Below, one piece after another: positions 29,573 through 38,798 of a DNA stretch of 55,951 nt; the stretch's first letter is position 1, and every line of letters begins with the position of its first letter. A program made the position numbers and the translations under genes. The notes beneath the pieces were generated by a model. The model was not told where the DNA came from. It ran no database searches and saw only the letters and a program-made list of their open reading frames with translations. The DNA comes from an uncultured virus (IMG/VR IMGVR_UViG_3300042308_001603) (lineage: Duplodnaviria > Heunggongvirae > Uroviricota > Caudoviricetes), in the IMG/VR virus record IMGVR_UViG_3300042308_001603. One strand, given 5' to 3'.

Positions 29573-31435
29573 TTAATCTCGCAATTGATTTTCGTTAAGT
29601 AACGATTCTTTTGCCTTATCTGTTTGAAATACTAATTTTTTTCCAATTTCATCAACAAATTGTTTATTTTTTAAATAAGTATTTTCATTTAACGATCTGC
29701 TATTGAAATCCGGTTGATCATCTACCTTCATACTTTTTTTACCTAATCTATCTTTTCCAAAAGCATTTTGTTGAGTATTAATATTGGTTACTTTTTCTTC
29801 AGGACGACCCAACTCTATATCTTTATTGTATCCAGCTGGTACATTTCCAGGATCAGAAACCATACGTCCTTTACCGTATAATGCTGCTAGATCGTGTGGT
29901 GTACCATATGATTTACCGGTTTCTAATGGATCATTTCCTTCTTCAGTTACTTGACCTAATCTGAATTTACGTTTAGCATCTTGTAAAATTAAATCTCTAT
30001 ATTCATCATATTGATCTTCACTAAAGTGGAATATATTATGGTAAATCCAATCTGTAGGTAATAATTGGGCTTCCATTATATTTTTAGCTAAATCAACTTT
30101 TTCTTTCATTAGTGCTATTCTTTCTTGATCATAAATGATAGATGGAGTAGTTAATGATAATTCAAAATTAGTTAATGTTTCACCTTTATATCCTTGAACA
30201 TATAAATGTACTAAAGCTATTTTATACAATTCAGATAACAATATACGTTGAATTCTATCAATTGTACGAGCAAAACGAATATCTTCAGCTGCTAATGTTG
30301 CTTTACCAGTTAAATCTTTTTCGTAACCCATAAATGCTTTTGGCACTTTTAAAGCAGCAAATAATTTATCTCTTAAATAATTTACGTCTTCAATACCATT
30401 GTATTCTAAACCTTTAGTAGTTTCAATTTTAGTAGCACTATCATTACCACGAACAGGAATATAGAAATCTTCTAACATGTTTTGCATGTTGTATTTTAAA
30501 TTATATTCACCTGTATTTTGGTCAATGTAAGGCGTTTTTTTCATTGTTGTAATTGTTTTCTTCATGAAATTTTCCACTTCATTTGGAGGAATAGAACCAA
30601 CATTTATATAAAAAATACGTTTTTCTGGAGCACGAGATATTCTATGAATTAACATAGCATCTTCCATTAACACATATTGTTTAAATAATTTACGAGCAGG
30701 TTCTAAATATGAACGACCATAAGGTAAATAGTTAACATCAGTTAATAAACGGAAGTGGGCCATTTCGTAATTATCAAAATATATCCCGCTTGTATCATCT
30801 TGTTTTTGATTTGGAACAGTATATCCACCGGTGCCACCAACATATCCATCAGGACTAAATCTATATCTTATTGATGTTGGGTTTTGTGGATCATAATTTT
30901 CTTGACGCATAATATGATATGCTGTGTAAGGTATAACATTATATACACCAAATTTTTCAGCAATTTCTAACTTCAAGAAAAAATCTCCATATTTACACAT
31001 TTGTCTAGTCCAAGACCATAAATTAAATTCTATGTTTAAAACATCATAAAATAAATTATAAAGAATTTTTTGTACATCTTCATCTGAGCTACGGATTTGG
31101 AGTACTTCACCCATTTCATTTTTTAATGAACATTCATCTGAAATGATATCTAAAGCCGAAGCTATGATAGCATCAGTATCCATTACGTCATAGTCTGAGT
31201 ATAATTGTGCTCTTAAGTATTGGTAGTTAACATTTAATTGTTGACCATAGAGAGATGTAGCGTTTGTAGAATATATTCTATTATATCTATCTGCTACAGA
31301 GTTAGTTTGGTATTCACCACTTTTTTGGATAGAATCAGTATCCATAATTTTAAGTTGGTTTCCACCTTCATTACGAATTATAACATCAGTTGAGAATAAT
31401 CGTTTTAATCGAGTAAATATACTTGTATCTGCCAT
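29573..31435 (-). CDS. gp20: Portal protein (T4 gp20-like)
   Basis: MEDAMLIHRISRAPEKRIFYINVG, EDFYIPVRG and LFAALKVP motifs. Confidence 0.95.
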   Translation of the reverse strand: MADTSIFTRLKRLFSTDVIIRNEGGNQLKIMDTDSIQKSGEYQTNSVADRYNRIYSTNATSLYGQQLNVNYQYLRAQLYSDYDVMDTDAIIASALDIISDECSLKNEMGEVLQIRSSDEDVQKILYNLFYDVLNIEFNLWSWTRQMCKYGDFFLKLEIAEKFGVYNVIPYTAYHIMRQENYDPQNPTSIRYRFSPDGYVGGTGGYTVPNQKQDDTSGIYFDNYEMAHFRLLTDVNYLPYGRSYLEPARKLFKQYVLMEDAMLIHRISRAPEKRIFYINVGSIPPNEVENFMKKTITTMKKTPYIDQNTGEYNLKYNMQNMLEDFYIPVRGNDSATKIETTKGLEYNGIEDVNYLRDKLFAALKVPKAFMGYEKDLTGKATLAAEDIRFARTIDRIQRILLSELYKIALVHLYVQGYKGETLTNFELSLTTPSIIYDQERIALMKEKVDLAKNIMEAQLLPTDWIYHNIFHFSEDQYDEYRDLILQDAKRKFRLGQVTEEGNDPLETGKSYGTPHDLAALYGKGRMVSDPGNVPAGYNKDIELGRPEEKVTNINTQQNAFGKDRLGKKSMKVDDQPDFNSRSLNENTYLKNKQFVDEIGKKLVFQTDKAKESLLNENQLRD

Positions 31436-31449
31436 TTTATTTTATTTTT

Positions 31450-33021
31450 TTATAGTAACCATCTAATATCTTCATTTCCATCAGGTGTTTTCATTGAATA
31501 TGGATTATCCGTTCCCGATGAAAAATAAGCTCCCTGGTATTGAGATGGTTTTTGTATATTGTTTAAAGTTGCTTTTGTTAATTCTATTCCTTGTTGTCTA
31601 TATTTCAATGCTGTATCTCTAACATACATTCCAGTACTAAATGACATAACTAAATCATCATTATATCCTGATTGTGCTTCTGCTCTACCATTTTTCCAAA
31701 CAAATACTTTCATTTCTTCAATTAAACGTTTTGAGCGAATAATAACACTGTGATCTCCAAAATATTCTCTTCCTTTATTTACTACTAATGGACGAGTCCT
31801 TAGTGACATAGTAAAACCAGGGGTCATTTTTGATATATCATCATATTTACTAAGGTACGAATCAGAAGTTATATTGTCACTTTTAGGTGAATAATAAAGA
31901 TTTCTATATCCTCTTTCTAATATAGAATCAAGTGTTGACCAACCTATATTTGCATTTTCAACTACAAGTAATGCTTCATTATATTCAGTAGCTATACCAC
32001 AAAGTAAATAACCAAATTCTTTTGGAGGTAATTGACTTTTATATTCAGCTACTTGAGCATTTGTTTCTAAATCAAATACATGAAATGTTGAGTAATCTTT
32101 TCCATCTCCTCTAGCTACGTCCGCCACAACCATATAATTTCTAGTATAATCAGGTGATTCCCAAATCCATAAATTTTTATCTACACCTCTTCTCTCCATA
32201 GGTTCTACTACGTGAGTAGTTGAATAATATTCTAGGTGTTCTGGGTAGTAAACTATATCTCCAGATGTGCTAAAGTCACAGTCACATTCTTGGGCTGCTA
32301 GTCTAGGATCTTGTAATAAATCGTCTTGTTTTTTTCTCCATGCTTCATCTCTTTCAGGATGAACATACCAAGGTAATTTAATTGGGAGGAAATCACTTTC
32401 TTGAGCTTCTGCTCTTACCCATGTTTGGTGAAACCAATTACCAGTACCATAAGGTGTAGACAATACAATTGCACCACCACCAGTAGCTAGGGTTTGTTGA
32501 GCTGATGCCCATATTTCACCTATATTTTCAATAAATGCGGCTTCATCTATTACTAGTAAAGAAACGGCTTCTGATCGACCTGAGTCACCAGCTGCTGATA
32601 CTGCTTTGATTTGAGAACCATTTGGTAATTTAAAAGATAATTTATTGTCTTCTAATGGTTTAGATCCTTTAAGCCATGAAGGAAGATTATCATACATAAA
32701 TCTTACCTTAGTAACCATGTTTTTAGCTGTGTCTACTTTGGTTGCTATACATAACACGTTTTTGTCTTTATGAAATAACATTAACCATAAAGAATAACCT
32801 GCTGCTAAAGTTGATATACCTAATTGGCGTGATTTAAGTACTACAGAATATGGATTATCTCTCCATAAATTTAATACTTTACCTTGAAATGGATATAAAT
32901 TAAAGATAATTCTACCACGAGTTGGATGTTGAATGTGGCAATATTTTTTCATAAAATGTGCTGGGTCTTGAGCACATTTGATGTATTCTTCTCTTATTAT
33001 TTGTTTGAGATCTTGAGACAT
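31450..33021 (-). CDS. gp17: Terminase large subunit
   Basis: KSRQLGIST, VIDEAAF, STPYG, ADVARGDGKDYS and DDLVMS motifs. Confidence 0.95.
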   Translation of the reverse strand: MSQDLKQIIREEYIKCAQDPAHFMKKYCHIQHPTRGRIIFNLYPFQGKVLNLWRDNPYSVVLKSRQLGISTLAAGYSLWLMLFHKDKNVLCIATKVDTAKNMVTKVRFMYDNLPSWLKGSKPLEDNKLSFKLPNGSQIKAVSAAGDSGRSEAVSLLVIDEAAFIENIGEIWASAQQTLATGGGAIVLSTPYGTGNWFHQTWVRAEAQESDFLPIKLPWYVHPERDEAWRKKQDDLLQDPRLAAQECDCDFSTSGDIVYYPEHLEYYSTTHVVEPMERRGVDKNLWIWESPDYTRNYMVVADVARGDGKDYSTFHVFDLETNAQVAEYKSQLPPKEFGYLLCGIATEYNEALLVVENANIGWSTLDSILERGYRNLYYSPKSDNITSDSYLSKYDDISKMTPGFTMSLRTRPLVVNKGREYFGDHSVIIRSKRLIEEMKVFVWKNGRAEAQSGYNDDLVMSFSTGMYVRDTALKYRQQGIELTKATLNNIQKPSQYQGAYFSSGTDNPYSMKTPDGNEDIRWLL

Positions 33022-33600
33022 TTATTTTTTTCCTATTTTCCAATACATTTTAAAGCTTATTATTGGTTGGAAGTTTCTATTTATTCCAACTCCTAAACCA
33101 TAAGCTGATTTATTTTTGGTTCTTAATAGTAATTCAGGACCAAAACCATTTAAACCTTCTTTACCACCTGCTAAACCTAACCCATAATACAGTTCGTGTT
33201 TTTTTTCTATAATAGTATTAGTAACAGTTATTACAGGGTATGTTAATTGATATTTTATATTTCTTGATTTAATTTTATTTTTTGAGATAGAATCATTAAT
33301 GTGAAGTTTTAAAGTATCAGTTATTAATGAATCTTGGTAAACATAAGTTGAATAATAATCTCCCAAAACATATGCTGTGTCTATTTTAGTAATAGTATCA
33401 TGAATAAAATCATGTTCTACTCTAATTTTCCACTTAGGAATATATGTTGGAATTTCTTTATTAACAGTAACATATGTAGTATCTATTTTATTAATAATAG
33501 TGGGGGTGTCTATGTTTTTACCCCCACATTTTTGTAATAAAATTATAATAACTAATACAATAATTACAATAAAGAGAAAATTATCTTTTAACCACTTCAT
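33022..33600 (-). CDS. Membrane-anchored protein, possible spanin-like lysis protein
   Basis: N-terminal hydrophobic helix ending LLQKC; DT-rich linker; C-terminal amphipathic beta strands. Confidence 0.5.
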   Translation of the reverse strand: MKWLKDNFLFIVIIVLVIIILLQKCGGKNIDTPTIINKIDTTYVTVNKEIPTYIPKWKIRVEHDFIHDTITKIDTAYVLGDYYSTYVYQDSLITDTLKLHINDSISKNKIKSRNIKYQLTYPVITVTNTIIEKKHELYYGLGLAGGKEGLNGFGPELLLRTKNKSAYGLGVGINRNFQPIISFKMYWKIGKK

Positions 33601-34442
33601 TAAGAAATTAATCCATTAGTGATACTATTCAAATCAACACCTTTAAGTAAACCTTTGTTGTTTGCAACAAATTGTTTTAAAGCTTTTAATTTAATATCAT
33701 ATTCACTACCTTCTAAGTTTTCTATTTTACCAGCTATAGTTTTAATTTTTGATACTACTGTGTTAATTTCTGCTTCCTTACCTGAAGGAGTACCAGTAAT
33801 TTTTTCAGCAGCTTTAAGATCAGCAGCAGATGGTTCTACTTCGATTTCAATATCTTCTTCCTCTTCTGGTTGTTCGTATTCGTCTTTTTCAATTTCAATT
33901 TCGTCTTCATCTTTATCAGCCATTTCAGGTTCTGTAGTTTCTGGTTCTTCAATTCCAGGCTCAGAAACACCTGCAGTAACTTTAGGATCAATAATAGCAC
34001 CAATAGCTGCTAATTGTCCTAATAATGGATAAAGTTGAGGTAAATTTTTAATACCAGTAGCGGCTTGAATTTCCTTTGCAGTAATACCATCTTCACCAGC
34101 ATTTTCTATTAATTCTAATATTTGAGCTAATTTACTAGCAGTGTATACTTGTTTTGCTTTTGATAAATTGGCACCAGGTTTATATCCTTTTCCTTTACGG
34201 CCCATCTCATTTAATCCATCTTCTGTTAATCCTGGTTTTTGATCAGATGTAGTTTCTGCTTTTTTCTTATCTGCAGCTTTTTTAGCAGCATCAGCAGCCG
34301 CAGAGGCAGCAGTAGCAGCAGCTATTTGAGCTTGTTGATTTTTTAAAGCCGCAGCCGTAGCAGCATCATCTTCAGCTTTACCTTCTATTAATTCGTTAAT
34401 AATTTCAGTTTTAATGTAATTGTATAAGTCTTTATGTTTCAT
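33600..34442 (-). CDS. Putative internal head protein with winged-helix-like domain
   Basis: IINE/LIE/LTE/LNE sites; ILELIENAGEDGITAKEI...LYPLLGQL..IG; acidic tract. Confidence 0.55.
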   Translation of the reverse strand: MKHKDLYNYIKTEIINELIEGKAEDDAATAAALKNQQAQIAAATAASAAADAAKKAADKKKAETTSDQKPGLTEDGLNEMGRKGKGYKPGANLSKAKQVYTASKLAQILELIENAGEDGITAKEIQAATGIKNLPQLYPLLGQLAAIGAIIDPKVTAGVSEPGIEEPETTEPEMADKDEDEIEIEKDEYEQPEEEEDIEIEVEPSAADLKAAEKITGTPSGKEAEINTVVSKIKTIAGKIENLEGSEYDIKLKALKQFVANNKGLLKGVDLNSITNGLIS

Positions 34443-34467
34443 TTATATAGAGTTTTGATTATAAATA

Positions 34468-34998
34468 TTATATGTTTAGATAAGATTTTATTTGTTTCAG
34501 TCTATCTTCGTTAGAACCGGCAATAATACCGAAGTTTTTAATTCTCCATAAATGCTCTGAGTATAGATGTTTAATTGTTTGATCAATTTGAGTGCGGTAA
34601 ACAGTATCAGTAGTACGTACATTGTTGTCTTCTATTTCTACTCCAGCAGGACTAACATAAAATATCCAATCATACTCTTCAATAAAACGAGAAGCATATT
34701 GTTCAAATTCGTGTTTATCAACTGTACTAATTGATTGAGCATTAAGTGTAAATGCCATCACATCAATTATAGTTCTATCAGTTATAATGTTTGTATGAAT
34801 TAATTCACTACATCTTTCTGCTAGGAATATCGTTTGTCCTTTTAATGTACTATCTGTATTTAAAGGTATTCCTAAATCACGTAAATATTTACTACGTTCT
34901 GTAGCAAAATTATAGTGTTTAAATTCAGGTAATTCTTTTAATGAGTTTACTAATGTAGTTTTACCTACAGAAACTGTGCCTGTGAATCCAATTCGCAT
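34468..34998 (-). CDS. P-loop nucleoside/nucleotide kinase (NadR-kinase/AAA_28-like)
   Basis: GTVSVGKTT Walker A, ITDRTIID, YDWIFY, EDNNVR. Confidence 0.8.
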   Translation of the reverse strand: MRIGFTGTVSVGKTTLVNSLKELPEFKHYNFATERSKYLRDLGIPLNTDSTLKGQTIFLAERCSELIHTNIITDRTIIDVMAFTLNAQSISTVDKHEFEQYASRFIEEYDWIFYVSPAGVEIEDNNVRTTDTVYRTQIDQTIKHLYSEHLWRIKNFGIIAGSNEDRLKQIKSYLNI

Positions 34999-35021
34999 AA
35001 CTTATTATTTTTGATGAATAT

Positions 35022-35055
35022 AAGAAAGAAGGCTTGGTAATCCAAGCCTTTCTTT
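35022..35055. terminator. Hairpin terminator overlapping a host-type promoter of the kinase gene
   Basis: AAGGCTTGG-ATTA-CCAAGCCTT stem with T-rich flanks; CTTG-N20-TATATTCA on minus strand. Confidence 0.7.
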
Positions 35056-35059
35056 AATT

Positions 35060-35779
35060 TTATTTTATTATACCTGCTATTTTCTGCATTCGAGTAAATG
35101 ATTCATTTAGTGTATTTTCTTGTAAGAAATCTTCATCTTCAAAATCATCATCTAAATCATCAATTTCACCATCAAAATCAGTATCCATACTCATTAAACC
35201 TTTTAAATCTTTCATCATACCATCTTTAGCTTTAGCTGGATTTGAAGGACGACCACGCTTCAATGTTCCTTTAACACGTGCTCTAAGTTTTTCAATGAAT
35301 TCAGCTCCTAATGCTTCTAATTCTTCTGCGTTTGCTTGGTAATTATTGTCTGCTTGTAATTTTTGATCAACAGCTTTAGCAATTAAAGTTTTTTCACTTG
35401 CAGGTCTTCCTTTAGCTCCACCTGGTTCAGGTTTTTCTTTAGGAGCAAATGTAGTTCCAGCAACTGCTACTAATCCATCTTTAAGGAATGGACTAAGAAA
35501 TACGTTTGCTTCTTGAGATGTTTTATTATGTTTGTATTGTCTAGCTAAAGTATCTAATAGGTTTTCTAATGAAACACCACTATCACCTGCTTTTCCTACA
35601 ATATCCATCATGTCTTTTACCCATTTATACTTGGCATCAACACTAGAATTTAAGTCTTTAAATATTTCGAATTTACTTTTATCTCCAACTTTGTATACTT
35701 GGCCGGGTCTAGCCATTTCAGAGACATTATTCATTTCTTCAATTACTAATTCTCTAATTACTTTAATTAATTTTTCCAT
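35060..35779 (-). CDS. Putative packaged DNA-binding protein (AT-hook motifs, acidic tail)
   Basis: KGRP and KRGRP motifs, acidic tail, terminal LNESFTRMQKIAGI. Confidence 0.6.
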   Translation of the reverse strand: MEKLIKVIRELVIEEMNNVSEMARPGQVYKVGDKSKFEIFKDLNSSVDAKYKWVKDMMDIVGKAGDSGVSLENLLDTLARQYKHNKTSQEANVFLSPFLKDGLVAVAGTTFAPKEKPEPGGAKGRPASEKTLIAKAVDQKLQADNNYQANAEELEALGAEFIEKLRARVKGTLKRGRPSNPAKAKDGMMKDLKGLMSMDTDFDGEIDDLDDDFEDEDFLQENTLNESFTRMQKIAGIIK

Positions 35780-35886
35780 GTATTATGTAATGTTTATCTA
35801 TAAATATTATGGAACAAAACAAGATTAAAAACTTTCAATAAAGTCTGGATATTCATCGTATTCTTCCATAATAGCAGGGGTTTGGG

Positions 35887-37188
35887 TTATGTCAATAAAT
35901 ATTCAGCAACATAAATTCCATGCGCTCCACTTACAGTAATTCCACGAGCAGATAAAGCATCACCTACAAAATATACATTTGGATACTCTGTTAAAGATAA
36001 ATTAGTATAATTTACTAATGGTTCAGGACTTAAATATTTTACTTCAGGAATATACATACCCCAATCATCTCCAAATTCAAATACTTTATTCATTTGGTCA
36101 ATAAAGTTAAGGATATGATCAAAATATCCATCAAATGAATGCATTACTTTTTTTAAATCTAACCAATTAATTGGCGTAGCAGATACTATATTATCTTCAG
36201 ATGTTTGAGATGGTGCTCTAAAGTTGTTGGGTGAATAATATAATCCAGTACCTTGTTTTTGTACTTTAGATACTACATCCCTACTCCATTCAAATGGATT
36301 TTCAATGCCCTTAATTTCCATTAATATGCCAAAGTTAGTCATATTGTTTCTAAATTCTTCTCCTTTTTTAGCATGACCATTGTAAGTAACATCTCCATAT
36401 GTTTCTTCTACTGCAACATAAGCTGCATTATTATTTGTACAAAATGAACGTAATGATACATTGTCAAATTTTTGATATAATTTAAAATCATAACTAATAT
36501 CAATTAATTTTTGGAAATATTTTTGTGGTGCTTCAAAACGTACTCCAATTTGTACTGATTTAGGTTCATTAGGTAATTCATAATTATCTGCTAGTTGTTG
36601 AGCAAAATCAATACCTGATTTGCCTACTGCGAATATTAATTCATCGTAAAAAATCCAATCTTCTTTAGATGTATGTTTTAAACATACTAAATTTTCTTTA
36701 AAAAGAATATCAGATACTTCTACATTCCATATAAATTTAACACCTTTATCAATTAAAAACTTATACCAAGCAACTGCAATTTCATGTAAATAATTTGAAC
36801 CGATATGCCATACAGGGAATAAACGTAATCCAAAATATGGTTTAATAAATTCTGGTTCTTCAATTGGGTTGGATAAAGATATTTCATCTGGTTTAGGATG
36901 GAAACGAGTAAAGTTATCTACTACTTGTTTCATTAAATCCATTGCTTTGTCTTCACCACAATATTTTGCTAATTGACCTCCAATTGCAGTATGATATGTT
37001 AATTTACCGTCACTCCAACCTCCTGCTCCTAGCATACCTGTCATTACTTCTTCAGGTAAACGATTGTGTGGGTCATTTCCTTTATCAATAATTGTAATTA
37101 ATTCTCCAGGATATCCATTATCCACTAATTTAGTAGCAGCATTAATACCTGCTACACCTGCTCCTATGATTACTATTCTTTTATCCAT
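35887..37188 (-). CDS. FAD-dependent oxidoreductase (uncharacterised dehydrogenase family)
   Basis: IIGAGVAG Rossmann motif, GAGGWSDGKL, RSFC, VGD..ARGI. Confidence 0.88.
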   Translation of the reverse strand: MDKRIVIIGAGVAGINAATKLVDNGYPGELITIIDKGNDPHNRLPEEVMTGMLGAGGWSDGKLTYHTAIGGQLAKYCGEDKAMDLMKQVVDNFTRFHPKPDEISLSNPIEEPEFIKPYFGLRLFPVWHIGSNYLHEIAVAWYKFLIDKGVKFIWNVEVSDILFKENLVCLKHTSKEDWIFYDELIFAVGKSGIDFAQQLADNYELPNEPKSVQIGVRFEAPQKYFQKLIDISYDFKLYQKFDNVSLRSFCTNNNAAYVAVEETYGDVTYNGHAKKGEEFRNNMTNFGILMEIKGIENPFEWSRDVVSKVQKQGTGLYYSPNNFRAPSQTSEDNIVSATPINWLDLKKVMHSFDGYFDHILNFIDQMNKVFEFGDDWGMYIPEVKYLSPEPLVNYTNLSLTEYPNVYFVGDALSARGITVSGAHGIYVAEYLLT

Positions 37189-37646
37189 TCTGGTTTATTG
37201 TTTAATTTTTTCCAATCTAATTTTTTAATTTTTACTTTATCTAATATATAAAATCTTTTATAAGCTTCCAATGTATTTTTTGATTTAAATTCATCAGGCA
37301 TACATTGTGGAGGTGCTACAAACCCATTATCAGGAATGTTTGGTTCATTTATTTTACACCAATCCAATACTTCTTTTGTTTTATGGGATTTACCATAACG
37401 TTTTTCAAATTCATTACAAATTTCAAGACCGTGTGCTATAAGCCATCTGTAATGGTGAATCGATTCTCTAACCCATTTTGTTGATGGATGATTGAGGTGT
37501 GCTCGTTTGTATGGTGCTTCATTACCAATAGCCCAGTGTGCTGTACAACACATTTGTGCGCTTTCAATTTGCATTTTGCGAATATGATCGTCTGCTAATT
37601 CACGTGCAGCGATAATCGGATTTTCATTAATATAAAATATATTCAT
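37173..37646 (-). CDS. denV: Pyrimidine-dimer DNA glycosylase/endonuclease V-like protein
   Basis: MNIF...DDHIRKM..ESAQM..TAH, YK..H.NHPS..W, PQCMP. Start reassigned to 37646 because the longer ORF crosses a terminator. Confidence 0.8.
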   Translation of the reverse strand: MNIFYINENPIIAARELADDHIRKMQIESAQMCCTAHWAIGNEAPYKRAHLNHPSTKWVRESIHHYRWLIAHGLEICNEFEKRYGKSHKTKEVLDWCKINEPNIPDNGFVAPPQCMPDEFKSKNTLEAYKRFYILDKVKIKKLDWKKLNNKPEWIKE

Positions 37647-37661
37647 AACCTTTAATTTAAT

Positions 37662-37693
37662 TAAACATATGAAATGATTTTTTGTCCTCCAAA
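37662..37693 (-). promoter_or_regulatory. Bacteroidota-type primary sigma promoter
   Basis: TTTG-N20-TATGTTTA, one mismatch to the -33 TTTG / -7 TAnnTTTG consensus. Confidence 0.55.
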
Positions 37694-37695
37694 TT

Positions 37696-37771
37696 AAAAG
37701 TGGCTCACCTTTTGAGTGAGCCACAGCTTCATAAATTTACCTAATTAGGCGAACACGCTATGAATGTGTTC
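37696..37771 (-). terminator. Intrinsic terminator preceded by a candidate pseudoknot RNA
   Basis: GTGGCTCAC/GTGAGCCAC 9 bp stem plus TTTTAATTT; upstream GAACAC/GTGTTC hairpin. Confidence 0.75.
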
Positions 37772-37786
37772 TATAAGATTTATTTT

Positions 37787-38530
37787 TTATTTTGTAGCTA
37801 ATTTAGTAGCAGTAGCATACATTTTAGCTTTTTCGTCTTTTGACTTACCAAAGTTTTTAGATTTCTTCATACCTTTTACGATATCTTCTTTCTTTTCTTT
37901 TTGAGCAGCTGTCATTTTTTTAGCTTCTTCAACTTTAGCTTTGTATTCAGTTTCTGAAAGGATACCTGCTAGTTTTTGCATGTGTAAAAATGATTCATTC
38001 ATGGTTTCACCCATTTCATCTCTTTTACTTTTTAAATAATCATATCTTTCCTTCATTTTTGGATTGCCTGCTGAATCAGAATTAACTGCGTAGCGTATTT
38101 CGTCTTCAATCGTATTTAATTCTTCTTCCTCTTCAGGAGTTAATGATTCACTTATCCCTTCGTATTCCATTCCTTCATTTTCATCAATTGAAACTTCATC
38201 AATGATTTCTTCTTTTTCTTCAGTATCTTCTACTTTTTCAGTTTTGTTACCTTTGTTTTTAAGTTTTTCTAATTGTTTTTCGTACTTAGCTAAACTTTTC
38301 TTTAATGCTTTAACTTCACCACTAAGTTCTTTCATTTTACCTTTATCAATCATGTCGTGATATGCTTCATCGATACCTTCCATGTTCATTTTTTTCTCAC
38401 GAAGTTCAATAGCTTCTTGAGTTTTATGCATTTTTGCCTCTAAAGCAGCAACATTACCTGCTTCATCAATTTCACGAATATACTCATTGATTGATTCGCG
38501 GATTAGTTGTATTAGTTTTGGATTATTCAT
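37787..38530 (-). CDS. Putative internal head protein
   Basis: KLIQLIRESINE leader; internal NESFLHMQKLAGILSE; C-terminal KKEDIVKGMKK...MYATATKLA. Confidence 0.65.
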   Translation of the reverse strand: MNNPKLIQLIRESINEYIREIDEAGNVAALEAKMHKTQEAIELREKKMNMEGIDEAYHDMIDKGKMKELSGEVKALKKSLAKYEKQLEKLKNKGNKTEKVEDTEEKEEIIDEVSIDENEGMEYEGISESLTPEEEEELNTIEDEIRYAVNSDSAGNPKMKERYDYLKSKRDEMGETMNESFLHMQKLAGILSETEYKAKVEEAKKMTAAQKEKKEDIVKGMKKSKNFGKSKDEKAKMYATATKLATK

Positions 38531-38537
38531 TTTATGT

Positions 38538-38798
38538 TTATTTTTTATATATTTTTAATTTAAGTGTTCCTGTACCTTTAATCACTCTATGATATAAATG
38601 TCTAGGTATAAATATTGACTCATTTAGAGAAGTCGGTAAAGTGTTGTCAAGTTGTATTTTCCAATCTGTTTTACCAATAATCTCTACAGTACGATGTTCA
38701 TTATCTCTATGCCACATCAATTCAATAGGATCTATATTTTCGCTAAATTCACGAATGATGTAGGTGTCTGTAACTTCTATGTCTGTGTATGGGGTCAT
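38538..38798 (-). CDS. Cupin-fold protein
   Basis: WHRD.E and IFIP...YHRVIKG cupin motifs. Confidence 0.75.
   Translation of the reverse strand: MTPYTDIEVTDTYIIREFSENIDPIELMWHRDNEHRTVEIIGKTDWKIQLDNTLPTSLNESIFIPRHLYHRVIKGTGTLKLKIYKK

Noticed and set aside
37647..37724. N-terminal extension of the denV-like ORF
   Set aside because: Runs through a terminator and promoter; the family starts at MNIF
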